From positions 248,001 through 312,000 of the IMG/VR virus record IMGVR_UViG_3300029983_000007: a stretch of 64,000 nucleotides of DNA; one strand, given 5' to 3'. Below, one piece after another: positions 20,207-30,066 of the stretch (positions within the stretch are counted from its first letter, which is position 1; each line of letters starts with the position of its first letter). The notes under the pieces were generated by a model that did not search any database, was not told where the DNA came from, and worked only from the letters and a program-made list of their open reading frames with translations. Made by a program: the position numbers and the translations under genes.

Positions 20207-20601
20207 GATACATAAAAACTTTTGAAAGTTCTTTAAATCAAGAAGAAAAAGAAACATTACTAAATAATACTGCTTATTATTTAGAAGAAGTTATACCAAA
20301 AATAGAAGGATTTTAAGAATGCGTATGGTCAGCCACTGATTGGATTGATTATGATGTTGATAACGATGTTGAATTTACATTTTATTTTGATACTATGTAT
20401 TTTGAAGATGAGGAAGATTTTGAAAAATTTGAAGAGTTCTTAACTGAAAACAATTTAGATAATGATATAAAAGAGAGTTATTATGACATAAAAGATAATT
20501 TTATTAATAAAAGAATGTTAAGCATGTCAATAAAAATACCAATAAAAAAGGTGATTGAATTAGGAGAGTTATATAATTCTATGCATAAATTTAACATATA
20601 A
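20203..20601 (+). pseudogene. dual-tagged cassette gene with one in-frame TAA
   Basis: MRYIKTFE...KIEGF*ECVWS... continues in frame to HKFNI; TAA at 20314-20316. Confidence 0.8.
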
Positions 20602-20699
20602 AAACCAAAATAAAAAATTAATATATAATTATAACCATATCAATATTTTATCATTTTTTTATTTAAAAATGAAGATAAAATTAATATAGAGTTATAATT

Positions 20700-20912
20700 A
20701 TGAAAGTTAAAATAAACGATTTAAATCAAATCACGAAAGAAATAGCATTAGATAAACTTTCTGAATCAAACACATTAGATTTAGATCAAATCGATGAATA
20801 TCTTGATATTTTATCTGCTTTGAAGGACGGAATGATTGTTTTTAATATATCAACAACTGCAGGAGATTATATATTATTTATAACTGCGAATCAATCTAAA
20901 AATTTAATATAA
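20700..20912 (+). CDS. hypothetical protein
   Basis: 70-aa ORF. Confidence 0.7.
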   Translation: MKVKINDLNQITKEIALDKLSESNTLDLDQIDEYLDILSALKDGMIVFNISTTAGDYILFITANQSKNLI

Positions 20913-20915
20913 TTC

Positions 20916-21431
20916 ATGAAATACTTAAAAACTTTTGAGAAACAAAAAGAAAAGGAAAAAGAAGATATTATATTATATAAAAATGAGGATTTTACAATTA
21001 CAGTAAATGATAAAGGTAATATGACTTATTTTAATGATTATATGTCAAAATCTCCAATTTATGGTATAATGTTTGAAATAAAAAACAAATCTAAATATTT
21101 AAATGATACTGAATTACGAGATATTAAAATAACAGAATCAGAAAAATACTTTGCTATATTATCATTAGATCCAAAATATGAAAGTAATAGGGTTAAATAT
21201 CATTCCTCTATTATAAATAACTTCTTGATAAGAAATGGAAATAAAATAGAACTATCAGATATTTCAGATAAAGCTTACACAGCATTGAATGAAAGATATT
21301 TTCCTATGATAGAAGATATTATAAAAAAATCTGAAACAATTGGTGATTTAATTGATTATTTTAAAGTTTTATATGATGAAATAACAGAGAATTTACCTAC
21401 CTATTTGGCTACATCAAAATTTAACATATAA
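20916..21431 (+). CDS. dual-tagged cassette protein
   Basis: MKYLKTFE...TSKFNI. Confidence 0.85.
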   Translation: MKYLKTFEKQKEKEKEDIILYKNEDFTITVNDKGNMTYFNDYMSKSPIYGIMFEIKNKSKYLNDTELRDIKITESEKYFAILSLDPKYESNRVKYHSSIINNFLIRNGNKIELSDISDKAYTALNERYFPMIEDIIKKSETIGDLIDYFKVLYDEITENLPTYLATSKFNI

Positions 21432-21461
21432 AAAACTCATCAATTAAATTGATGAGTTTTT
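21430..21461. terminator. bidirectional intrinsic terminator
   Basis: aaaaactcatcaatt-a-aattgatgagttttt. Confidence 0.8.
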
Positions 21462-21463
21462 AT

Positions 21464-22156
21464 TTATTTCCATTTTTTAATAAATTCTTTTTCATTTTTT
21501 CTAAATAAAAGATCAAATCTATATCCATCACAAGTAAGAATTTTGTCCACAGAATATTTGAATTTAACTTTACCATAATGTTCATTATACTCAAACATTT
21601 TCTTACCGCAAATTTTAAATATTTTCTTACGCTTTCTTGGTAATCTCTTTCTAACCATTTCCCAACGAGAAGGATTTGGATTTTTTGGTTTTGTGTATGA
21701 ATGTTTTTTACAATAATAATTGTCTTTATAATCAGTGCTATATGATGTTGGTTTACCACATTTACAGCAAGTTGTTAGTGGTTCAAATACAGTAGCTGAA
21801 TATGAGCATTTTTTACAATATGCATATCCATCTGTTCTATCTCTACGTTCCATTTCATGTTCACACACTGAAATTTTTTGAAATTTTTGCCAAGCATTTT
21901 CTTCAGCTTCTTCAATTGTATTTCCTTCTCCTCTGATAAAACAATCTGGTTGTTTTGGAAATGCTTCAAAGAATGCTGTTTCATAACATTCTTTATTTGA
22001 AAGTTCATCAGATAATGCATCTAAAGTATTACCAGAAAAGATTTTATCTAAACTACCTGATGGTAAAACAACTCCATGTTCTCCTCCTTGACAAAAACAA
22101 TTCCATTCATACTTAGAATCATATCCTTCTTTTTTGCCTGATATTTGTACTTTCAT
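21464..22156 (-). CDS. Cys/His-rich putative zinc-binding protein
   Basis: CEH, CKKC, CCKC, CKKH motifs. Confidence 0.8.
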   Translation of the reverse strand: MKVQISGKKEGYDSKYEWNCFCQGGEHGVVLPSGSLDKIFSGNTLDALSDELSNKECYETAFFEAFPKQPDCFIRGEGNTIEEAEENAWQKFQKISVCEHEMERRDRTDGYAYCKKCSYSATVFEPLTTCCKCGKPTSYSTDYKDNYYCKKHSYTKPKNPNPSRWEMVRKRLPRKRKKIFKICGKKMFEYNEHYGKVKFKYSVDKILTCDGYRFDLLFRKNEKEFIKKWK

Positions 22157-22159
22157 GAT

Positions 22160-22375
22160 TTATTCACTTATTTCGTTTAACTGTTTTAACTTTTTTTTTC
22201 TTATTTCTTTTTCAGTATAAAAATAATTATTTATATTTGATATGAATATTTCTTCAAAATCATAAAAATAATATTCATTAATAAATATAAATCCGTTATT
22301 ATTCTCATTTTTGCCATAATACATTTTTCCTACTATAAAATTATCATTGTATGCTTTTTTACATAAATATTTCAT
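22160..22375 (-). CDS. small MKYLCKK/RKxKL paralogue
   Basis: MKYLCKKAY...FYTEKEIRKKKLKQL. Confidence 0.8.
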   Translation of the reverse strand: MKYLCKKAYNDNFIVGKMYYGKNENNNGFIFINEYYFYDFEEIFISNINNYFYTEKEIRKKKLKQLNEISE

Positions 22376-22622
22376 TTAATTTTTTCAATTTAAGTTTTCT
22401 GTTTTCTCCAATATTAATAAAATAATCTTTTAATTTTGGTTCTAAATTTCCAGACACAACAAATTTGGTATTACAAACAAAAATATATTCATATGCTAAA
22501 TATTTATTTTTCAATCTAATATTGCTTAGATTATATTTATTAAGATGAATAATATTATCACTATGATAATATTCTCCTGATTTAATATAACTAGAATAAG
22601 TTTTTATACATTTTAATCTCAT
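22359..22622 (-). CDS. small MKYLCKK/RKxKL paralogue
   Basis: MRLKCIKTY...ENRKLKLKKL. Confidence 0.8.
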   Translation of the reverse strand: MRLKCIKTYSSYIKSGEYYHSDNIIHLNKYNLSNIRLKNKYLAYEYIFVCNTKFVVSGNLEPKLKDYFINIGENRKLKLKKLNEIFM

Positions 22623-22629
22623 ATGTAAT

Positions 22630-22854
22630 CTACTGTAATTTTTTCAATTTTATTTTTCGTATTTCTTTTTCAGTATAAAAATAATCTTTTAATTTTGGTT
22701 CTGCAATTCCATCAATTACAAATTTATATCCTTTTAGATTAATATATTTAAAAAAAGAACCTGATAATAAATAATCAGAATGAATAATATCATCACAACT
22801 GCAATAATTTCCAACATTAATGTTTCTATATGTTTTTTTACATAAATATCTCAT
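22630..22854 (-). CDS. small MKYLCKK/RKxKL paralogue
   Basis: MRYLCKKTY...FYTEKEIRKIKLKKL. Confidence 0.8.
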   Translation of the reverse strand: MRYLCKKTYRNINVGNYCSCDDIIHSDYLLSGSFFKYINLKGYKFVIDGIAEPKLKDYFYTEKEIRKIKLKKLQ

Positions 22855-22889
22855 ATAATAATTTTAAGTAAAAACAAAGATACAATAAA

Positions 22890-23114
22890 TTATTTAATAT
22901 TACACAATATTTCTAATTTTATTTTTCGTATTTCTTTTTCACTATAAAAATAATCATTTATTTTTGGAGAACAATATAGATTATTATCATCTGTTAAAAA
23001 AAGTAAACTATTTATTTGAATCATTTTAGAATTAGTTAAAATAACACAATCATAAAATTTTCCAATAATAATATCTTTTGAATATGTTTTTTTGCATAGA
23101 TATTTCATTTGCAC
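22890..23114 (-). CDS. small MKYLCKK/RKxKL paralogue
   Basis: MKYLCKKTY...FYSEKEIRKIKLEIL; ATG probably 23108. Confidence 0.8.
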   Translation of the reverse strand: MQMKYLCKKTYSKDIIIGKFYDCVILTNSKMIQINSLLFLTDDNNLYCSPKINDYFYSEKEIRKIKLEILCNIK

Positions 23115-23308
23115 TTATTCATTATTGTTAATATTTCATCTTTGTCATTGATAGTATATTTTTTTAAATCATTCATTATATTTAAAGAGAATGAATCTTC
23201 AAATAATACTACATCACTTTTAAAATATTTAAAAAAATTCAAATAATCACCTGAATTTGATATATTTTTAAGTGAATCTTTTGATATAAATCTTTTGTTG
23301 AATCCCAT
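23105..23308 (-). CDS. hypothetical protein
   Basis: MGFNKRFI start; ATGA overlap. Confidence 0.7.
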   Translation of the reverse strand: MGFNKRFISKDSLKNISNSGDYLNFFKYFKSDVVLFEDSFSLNIMNDLKKYTINDKDEILTIMNKCK

Positions 23309-23403
23309 AATTTTTTATTTTTAATTTATATGATTATTAATTTGGTATGTTTTATATTTAAGAATATTTAACCACAAAATAATGATATTAATTGACATAT
23401 ATT

Positions 23404-23433
23404 TTTGTATATCAGATTTTTGTTGTACTTTTG
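23404..23433 (+). promoter_or_regulatory. Bacteroidota sigma-A type promoter
   Basis: TTTG-N18-TACTTTTG upstream of 23461. Confidence 0.65.
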
Positions 23434-23460
23434 TGTATCATTAATTAAAACACAAACAAC

Positions 23461-24222
23461 ATGAAATTAATTGGATTTGCAAATAAATTTTATACTCTGT
23501 GGAGTTATTCAGAAGAAGAGTTATATACTACAGTTAATAATCAACCATATAAATATGGAGTCAAACAGATATATTCTTATATTAAGAATATTTCTTTTGA
23601 TTTAGATAAAGTAAAAGAACTTTATCCTAATGTGAAAATTGATGATGATTTGAAAGGTAAAAGTGCAAGTTGGTCAACTGAACCAAAAATTCAATATCCT
23701 GCTGAATGTTTTCATTTTGGTAAATATGAAGGAAGTTTCATAAGTGAGTGTACAGATAAATCTTATCTGATTTGGTACTTTGAAAATGGTGTTTATGATG
23801 AGCGTCGTACAATAACAACAAACAGATTAATTGAATTAGGATGTTATTTTTATAATGATATATTATTTCAATCTATTGAATTACTTAACCAGTATACTGA
23901 TCATATCAAAAAGCAAGCTGAGATTTCAAAGATGATTATAGAAACATATGAAAAATATAAAATATCTGGTATTTTTTCATATAATTTTTATAATTCATTA
24001 AGTAGTGAAGGAAATTATAGAGATAATTCTTTTGAATTTAGATTTAATGAATTTTCTCAACAGTGTTATGCTGGATATGATTATGGCTTGCCTTTAATGA
24101 ATGGAAAATCTAAAAGAATTAAAAATAAAGTTCTTGAAATGGAAGTAATTACTGAAGAAGATAAAACTTTTGGTAATAAATATCTAAGAGTTTTAAGCAT
24201 CAAATCTATAAAAAATATTTAA
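23461..24222 (+). CDS. hypothetical protein with FGKYxG motif
   Basis: CFHFGKYEGSFISE...YLIWY, resembling small exonuclease-associated/DUF3820-like domains. Confidence 0.75.
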   Translation: MKLIGFANKFYTLWSYSEEELYTTVNNQPYKYGVKQIYSYIKNISFDLDKVKELYPNVKIDDDLKGKSASWSTEPKIQYPAECFHFGKYEGSFISECTDKSYLIWYFENGVYDERRTITTNRLIELGCYFYNDILFQSIELLNQYTDHIKKQAEISKMIIETYEKYKISGIFSYNFYNSLSSEGNYRDNSFEFRFNEFSQQCYAGYDYGLPLMNGKSKRIKNKVLEMEVITEEDKTFGNKYLRVLSIKSIKNI

Positions 24223-24223
24223 T

Positions 24224-25027
24224 ATGATCAAAGAAGAATTAATACAGGTATTTGAAGATACTAAACTACACAGTGAAGGTATATTGAAATCTGAAACAAC
24301 ATATCATTCATTTGATGACAGATTAATGTCAGATGTTAGTATTCCTTGTAGTCAAAACATACAGGTTATTAATTCTGATAGTGTATCTGCTATTACAGAA
24401 TATAGCAAATTAGGGAAAACTTGTGTTCTTAATATGGCATCATTTAAACGTCCAGGTGGTGGAGTTGCAAAAGGCTCAAAAGCACAAGAAGAATGCTTAT
24501 TTAGGTGCTCAAATTTGACTCATCTTATTAATACTGATAACTATCCATTAGGAGATGATAAAGCTTTATATACAAAGGATGCAGTATTTTTTAAGGATGT
24601 ATATTATAACTATATGGATGAGGTTAAATCTGATGTCATAACAATTGCAGCACTAAATCTTAAAAATATTGAGGTTAATAGTAATTTTGATACAATATCG
24701 AAAGATAACATATCATCAATAAATTCTGATGGAGCAAAAATATCAAGGCATGATTATGAAGAATTAACAAAGGAAAAAATAAGATTAATGTTATCACTTG
24801 CAATTAAAAATGATGTTGATATTATTGTATTAGGTTCATTCGGTTGTGGTGTTTTCCAAAATGTTCCTGAAACAATGGCTAAAATGTTTAAAAAATTATT
24901 AGTAAATGAAGGATATTCTAAATATTTTGAGAAAGTAATATTTGCAATCATCAATGATAAAAACTCAGTTGGTAATAATTATGAGATTTTCAAAAATGTT
25001 TTTAGTGATTATAATTTAATATATTAA
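24224..25027 (+). CDS. bacterial-type poly(ADP-ribose) glycohydrolase (TIGR02452/DUF2263 macrodomain)
   Basis: VLNMAS...PGGG-X6-AQEECLFRCSNL signature; LGSFGCGVFQN. Confidence 0.92.
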   Translation: MIKEELIQVFEDTKLHSEGILKSETTYHSFDDRLMSDVSIPCSQNIQVINSDSVSAITEYSKLGKTCVLNMASFKRPGGGVAKGSKAQEECLFRCSNLTHLINTDNYPLGDDKALYTKDAVFFKDVYYNYMDEVKSDVITIAALNLKNIEVNSNFDTISKDNISSINSDGAKISRHDYEELTKEKIRLMLSLAIKNDVDIIVLGSFGCGVFQNVPETMAKMFKKLLVNEGYSKYFEKVIFAIINDKNSVGNNYEIFKNVFSDYNLIY

Positions 25028-25029
25028 AA

Positions 25030-25782
25030 ATGAAAAATAAGTTAAACATATTACAAACAAGAAAATTGAGTGATATTGTAAGCAATTTATATAAAGATGG
25101 TGAATTAGAAAAAATTCTACCTGAATTATGTAAATTACATACTACTACTAATGGTCATAAAAATAATTTTTATCATACATTAGGAGTACTTAACAACGTG
25201 ATTGAATATGATAATGATAACTTAAAAATGAAGATTGTCGCTTTATTACACGACATTGGAAAGATTTCTGTTAGAACAAAAAACAATGAAGGAAATTGGA
25301 CATTTCATGATCATGAAAATGTAGGTGCAAAAATGATACATAAAATTTTAAAAAGATTCAATATAACTAATAAGAAAACTGTTGATTATATTTACAGAAT
25401 GGTAAAGTATCATGGTAGGGTAAAGATGCACAGGGATGTAACAGAATCAGCTATAAGAAGGTTAGATGTAGAAGTTGGACATGATATAGTATTAGAGTTA
25501 ATAGAGTTCTGTAAGTGTGACATAACAACTAAATATGATGATAAGCGTCAACGTATTGTTTCAGGATTAGATGAAATAAAGAATAGAATATTAGAGGTTC
25601 GTGAGAAAGACAAAGAATCTAAATGGCGTTCTCCAATCACAGGTATTATAATAATGAAAATGTTAGAAATTACTACTGGTAGAATGGTTGGAGACATAAA
25701 GAAAGTAACTGATGAAAAAATAAAATCAGGTGAATGGACTGAAGAAGATGCTATTAAATATATTAATACATTTAGAAAATAA
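25030..25782 (+). CDS. HD-domain protein equal to the C-terminal half of a Bacteroidota-type CCA-adding enzyme
   Basis: HKNNFYHTLGV, ALLHDIGK, FHDHE, VTESAIRRL, CKCDIT, PITG..IM. Confidence 0.85.
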   Translation: MKNKLNILQTRKLSDIVSNLYKDGELEKILPELCKLHTTTNGHKNNFYHTLGVLNNVIEYDNDNLKMKIVALLHDIGKISVRTKNNEGNWTFHDHENVGAKMIHKILKRFNITNKKTVDYIYRMVKYHGRVKMHRDVTESAIRRLDVEVGHDIVLELIEFCKCDITTKYDDKRQRIVSGLDEIKNRILEVREKDKESKWRSPITGIIIMKMLEITTGRMVGDIKKVTDEKIKSGEWTEEDAIKYINTFRK

Positions 25783-25939
25783 TATGTAGTGTAATTAACA
25801 CACTTGATACCCAAAAAAGGAAAACAATTATACTCAAGAGATACTGTAAAATCAGTCATATTCAGAAAAAGATAATACTTAGGTATTATCTTTTTTGTTT
25901 TATAACTCATTATATTAATATATAAATAAAAAATAAAAA

Positions 25940-26809
25940 ATGCAAAGAGTATTAGTAACAGGAGGTTCTGGATTTGTAGGAACTAATCTTATTAAATATT
26001 TAAATAAAAATTATAAAGGTATTGAAATATCATCATTAGACAATTACTTCACAGGTAAAGAAGAAAATCATGTAGATGATGTTACATATTACAATGGTAA
26101 TACATGGGATGCTCCTGAAATATTAAAAAATAAGAAATTTGATACAGTTTTTCATTTTGGAGAATACTCTAGAATTGTAAAATCATTTGATGATATTAAA
26201 TATGTCGAAAAAACAATTTTATATGGCACACCAATAATAATGGAATTGTGTAGAGAATGGAATGCAAAATTAATATATTCTGCTTCATCTTCTAAATTTG
26301 GAAATAATGGTGAAAATGAAAATTTAGCTCCTTATTCATGGATGAAAGCAAAGATTGTTGAACTTATAAAAAATTACAATAAATGGTATAATTTACAATA
26401 TGAAATTTGCTATTTTTTTAACGTGTATGGTGAAGGTCAAATAATGACAGGAGATTATGCTACTGTAATAGGCATATTTGAGCATCAATACTCAGAAGGT
26501 AACAAATGTACAGTTGTTGAGCCAGGTACTCAGAGCAGAGACTTTACCCACATTGAGGACATTGTTAGAGGTGTAGTATTATCATCTTTTACAAATATGA
26601 ATCATGAATGGTATTTACGTTCTGGAATAAATACTAGCATTATAGATGTTGCTAAAATGTTTGGAGAATTTGAATTTGTGTCTAAAAGAAGAGGAGAAAG
26701 ATATAATTCAGAAGAATTTGAAACTGATACAGAAAGAGAATTAAATTGGGTACCAGAACACAAATTAGATGATTGGATTAAATCAATAAAAAACAAAAAG
26801 AGAGATTAA
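25940..26809 (+). CDS. NAD-dependent epimerase/dehydratase (extended SDR)
   Basis: TGGSGFVG, SASS, Y(SWM)K, FFNVYG, SRDFTHIEDI. Confidence 0.92.
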   Translation: MQRVLVTGGSGFVGTNLIKYLNKNYKGIEISSLDNYFTGKEENHVDDVTYYNGNTWDAPEILKNKKFDTVFHFGEYSRIVKSFDDIKYVEKTILYGTPIIMELCREWNAKLIYSASSSKFGNNGENENLAPYSWMKAKIVELIKNYNKWYNLQYEICYFFNVYGEGQIMTGDYATVIGIFEHQYSEGNKCTVVEPGTQSRDFTHIEDIVRGVVLSSFTNMNHEWYLRSGINTSIIDVAKMFGEFEFVSKRRGERYNSEEFETDTERELNWVPEHKLDDWIKSIKNKKRD

Positions 26810-26826
26810 AAATCTCTCATTTTTTT
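26795..26826. terminator. bidirectional intrinsic terminator
   Basis: gagagatt-aaa-aatctctc with flanking A/T tracts. Confidence 0.7.
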
Positions 26827-27046
26827 ATAATGCTCCTGATGTCCTCATATCATCTTCTAATTTTAAAACTCTTTCTTCAAGAGCTTCTTTTTTATCTTTC
26901 CACATGTAAGCTACGTTATTGTAGAATTCTAACCTCCATAATCTATTTGAATATTTCCATTCTGAATGACGTTTTAATCTGTCAATTAATGAATAATATT
27001 CAGGACTATAAGTTTGTGAGACGTTTTGAGTTGAGTCGTTTCTCAT
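26825..27046 (-). CDS. hypothetical protein
   Basis: 73-aa ORF, last in operon. Confidence 0.65.
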   Translation of the reverse strand: MRNDSTQNVSQTYSPEYYSLIDRLKRHSEWKYSNRLWRLEFYNNVAYMWKDKKEALEERVLKLEDDMRTSGAL

Positions 27047-27051
27047 GATTA

Positions 27052-27357
27052 TTATTTAGTTACTCTTACAATAGTAAATTTTTCAGAAAAATCACCATTA
27101 TCATGCTTTGTTTTTTCAACTTGAAATTCTCCTTTATTTAAAGAATTTAAGTATTTAGAAAAATTTGATTCTTCTCCTTTTGAATTTTTTCCTGAATAAC
27201 CTATACAGTTAAATTCTTTTATTTCTTCTTCTGTGAGAAAATTTAATTTATCATAAAAAGATGATAAATATCCACTATTTGTTACTATGTTATGAATTTC
27301 TATAGCCATAATATTAATTAATTTCACATATTTGTAATTCTGAATTAACTTTTTCAA
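27052..27357 (-). CDS. hypothetical protein
   Basis: Probable real start 27312 (MAIEIH). Confidence 0.65.
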   Translation of the reverse strand: MKKLIQNYKYVKLINIMAIEIHNIVTNSGYLSSFYDKLNFLTEEEIKEFNCIGYSGKNSKGEESNFSKYLNSLNKGEFQVEKTKHDNGDFSEKFTIVRVTK

Positions 27358-27700
27358 CGAAAATTAATATTTTTTCTACAACTTTTTCTATTGATTTGAC
27401 TGTACATTTTCTGAATTTAGAATTTAATCTATCTCTACTTGATGAATTTTTTTGATGTAAAGAACATTCAAATACTTCTACTTCACCAGATTGTTCAATA
27501 CAAAATCTCAAATAGTTTGAATTTTGAATATAGCCATAATGCCAATTTTCTTTTTTATCAAAAGATAAAGTCAACATAATAGTATCTTTACCAATGCTAG
27601 CCTTTGATACATCAAGATACTCTACTTTGCCAGTTAGTTCATTACGTAAAAATTCAATTGCATCTACTCTTAATAAATTTTCAATATTGAAGATTCTCAT
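27314..27700 (-). CDS. hypothetical protein
   Basis: Downstream of TACTTTTG box at 27734-27741. Confidence 0.75.
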   Translation of the reverse strand: MRIFNIENLLRVDAIEFLRNELTGKVEYLDVSKASIGKDTIMLTLSFDKKENWHYGYIQNSNYLRFCIEQSGEVEVFECSLHQKNSSSRDRLNSKFRKCTVKSIEKVVEKILIFVEKVNSELQICEIN

Positions 27701-27794
27701 ATATTTATAACTTTAAATGATTAATTTATAATACAAAAGTACAAATAATTAGTCACATATGGAAAAAACATAAAAAGTTTTAATATTTTTTATA

Positions 27795-28121
27795 CTATTC
27801 TTCTATTATATTACCTAATTTATCTAACTTAGTCTTTCTTACATACTGAACACATTCATCATAATATTTTTTACAATCTCTATTATAAAAAGTTTCTACA
27901 TTCTGCCGTCCTTTCTCATTTGCTTCTTTAACAACATCTTTTAAGCATTCTTCACAACAGTATGACCACAATGTACTCATTCTAGTATCATCACCAAGAA
28001 AAACTGAAAATTCTTGTTTATGAGTTTTGCAGTTGTTACATAATATTGAACTTGTTCCTGAATATCCTACTATAACATGACTAAATAGTTTATAATATTC
28101 ATTTTTATCTGGTTTTTTCAT
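27795..28121 (-). CDS. putative zinc-finger protein with RKxKL tail
   Basis: Start reassigned to MKKPDK; CNNC...CCEEC; VRKTKLDKL. Confidence 0.7.
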   Translation of the reverse strand: MKKPDKNEYYKLFSHVIVGYSGTSSILCNNCKTHKQEFSVFLGDDTRMSTLWSYCCEECLKDVVKEANEKGRQNVETFYNRDCKKYYDECVQYVRKTKLDKLGNIIEE

Positions 28122-28122
28122 A

Positions 28123-28539
28123 TTATAATATAAATCCAAATTTGATACCAATTCCTGTGCTATTAGTATAAAATACACTAGTAATCAATGTATTTTCATA
28201 AATATATCCTATCTCTGCTCCTCCACTAAATAATTGTTTATTACTTACTAATTTAATATCATTTTGAGGTGTTGCACACATACCAGCTAACCCCATAATA
28301 TAAAAATTAGAATCAAAAACATAACCTATTCCATAATTAAAATAATCTGGTAGTCTATCATCAACTGGTAATGATATGCTTAAACATTGATAAATTGATT
28401 TTTCAGAAATATATCCAAAATCTACACCAACTGATTTGCTAGAGTATGATAATTTTGTGATTAACTTAGTCTGATCATTTTGTGAAAACATTGAAATTGA
28501 TATAAATAACAATACAATGATTAATTTAAAGTTTTTCAT
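28123..28539 (-). CDS. putative secreted/outer-membrane beta-strand protein
   Basis: Signal-peptide-like N-terminus, alternating G/aromatic strands, ends FGFIL. Confidence 0.7.
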   Translation of the reverse strand: MKNFKLIIVLLFISISMFSQNDQTKLITKLSYSSKSVGVDFGYISEKSIYQCLSISLPVDDRLPDYFNYGIGYVFDSNFYIMGLAGMCATPQNDIKLVSNKQLFSGGAEIGYIYENTLITSVFYTNSTGIGIKFGFIL

Positions 28540-28832
28540 AATTTATTTAATTTATTTAATTTTTTCCTTCTCAAAAATTGCTCAATTTTCATATCAAGAA
28601 GTTGTTTACTAACAAAATAACTACCTCTTCCTGCGGTATAATCACACTGATCAAGCCATAATTCAAATGATATTCCGTCATCTTCAATATTTTCATGAAT
28701 AATACTAGAATATTTTCCAAATTGACCAGATTTATTTAAAATTTCAGTAGCCAATTCTAAATATTGTTCTGTAATAGAATCAGCTTTAATTATTAATTTT
28801 GATCTTTTTTCAAATGTTTCGTCGTAGTTCAT
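28536..28832 (-). CDS. hypothetical protein with RKxKL tail
   Basis: Ends LRRKKLNKLNKL. Confidence 0.75.
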   Translation of the reverse strand: MNYDETFEKRSKLIIKADSITEQYLELATEILNKSGQFGKYSSIIHENIEDDGISFELWLDQCDYTAGRGSYFVSKQLLDMKIEQFLRRKKLNKLNKL

Positions 28833-29164
28833 TGAATTTCATCTTTTAACCAATTTAAAAAATCTTCTTCATTTGAAAAAGACAAAATAGAATCTTCATC
28901 ATATGGAAATTCACACATAACACTTGAACCAGATGTATTTTTTTCTATTTTTATATTATCTGATGTGAAAATAATTTTGACTTGAGTAGTTTCTCCTTCT
29001 TCATAATCAGTCCAACCATAAGTTGCTTCAATAATATTATCAAAAGTTACATCATAATCTAATATTGGTCCAGTTTCACTACCATTACTATAATGTTCAG
29101 AATTTATTTTTTCTTCTTTATCAAATAAAGCAATAGCATTTAACATTACATCTGTTACATTCAT
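28829..29164 (-). CDS. hypothetical acidic protein
   Basis: Downstream of TATCTTTG box at 29196-29203. Confidence 0.75.
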   Translation of the reverse strand: MNVTDVMLNAIALFDKEEKINSEHYSNGSETGPILDYDVTFDNIIEATYGWTDYEEGETTQVKIIFTSDNIKIEKNTSGSSVMCEFPYDEDSILSFSNEEDFLNWLKDEIQ

Positions 29165-29284
29165 AATATTTATATTATTAGAGATTATTAGAATGCAAAG
29201 ATACTAAATATAATTCGAATAAAAAAATATTATTTGTTTTTTTAAATTTTATTTTTAATGATTATATTTAATATATATAGTCAT

Positions 29285-29635
29285 ATGAAATACTTAAAAA
29301 CATTTGAATCATTATTATATAGTGATTATAAGGCTGGAGATTACGTACTACTTGATTTAATTAAAATAAAATCTAATAACAAAGATAATGATTATGAAAT
29401 GGATGAAGTTGATGAATATGGCAATTCTATACCAATTGATGAATTTGCATTAATAAAGGATAAGACTGTTGAATTAAATAATGGACTTTATTTATATAGT
29501 GTAACTTTTTATAATTATAATAATGAAAAAAATGATTCTTATGGTGTTGAGTCAGATGAAATAATAAGAAAGCTAAATACAAATGAGATAGAAGAGTTCA
29601 ACAGAAAAAAAGAAGCATTGAAATACAACATATGA
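29285..29635 (+). CDS. dual-tagged SH3/KOW-like protein
   Basis: Start reassigned to MKYLKTFE; AGDYVLL; LKYNI. Confidence 0.85.
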   Translation: MKYLKTFESLLYSDYKAGDYVLLDLIKIKSNNKDNDYEMDEVDEYGNSIPIDEFALIKDKTVELNNGLYLYSVTFYNYNNEKNDSYGVESDEIIRKLNTNEIEEFNRKKEALKYNI

Positions 29636-30066
29636 AATATTTAAAAAAATTTGAAAATAGATTAACTAACGTATTTAAATCTAAAGATGTAGATATGTGG
29701 GATGAATATATAGAAACTGAGTTAGAAACCGAATATGGATATAATAAACTCATTGGGGCTGTACATGCTGGAAATCTTAAAAGATTTGAATATTTATTAC
29801 CAATATATAAAAATAAAATAAATAATATTTATGATGGAAAGAATGTATTAATTGAGGTTATAATACGAGATATTGATTTATATGAAAAAAAGAAAATGAT
29901 TGAATTATTATTGGATAATGGAGTTAATTATAAGCTCGAGTTTGGAGGTGATACATTTTATGATTTGATTACTAATGATAAATTAAAAAAATGGTTTGAC
30001 GATAAATATCCAGATATAGTAAAAGAGCTTAATTTATATAAAAATACAAATAAATATAATTTATGA
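29632..30066 (+). CDS. dual-tagged ankyrin-like protein
   Basis: LIGAVHAGN...LLLDNGVN; TNKYNL. Confidence 0.8.
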   Translation: MKYLKKFENRLTNVFKSKDVDMWDEYIETELETEYGYNKLIGAVHAGNLKRFEYLLPIYKNKINNIYDGKNVLIEVIIRDIDLYEKKKMIELLLDNGVNYKLEFGGDTFYDLITNDKLKKWFDDKYPDIVKELNLYKNTNKYNL

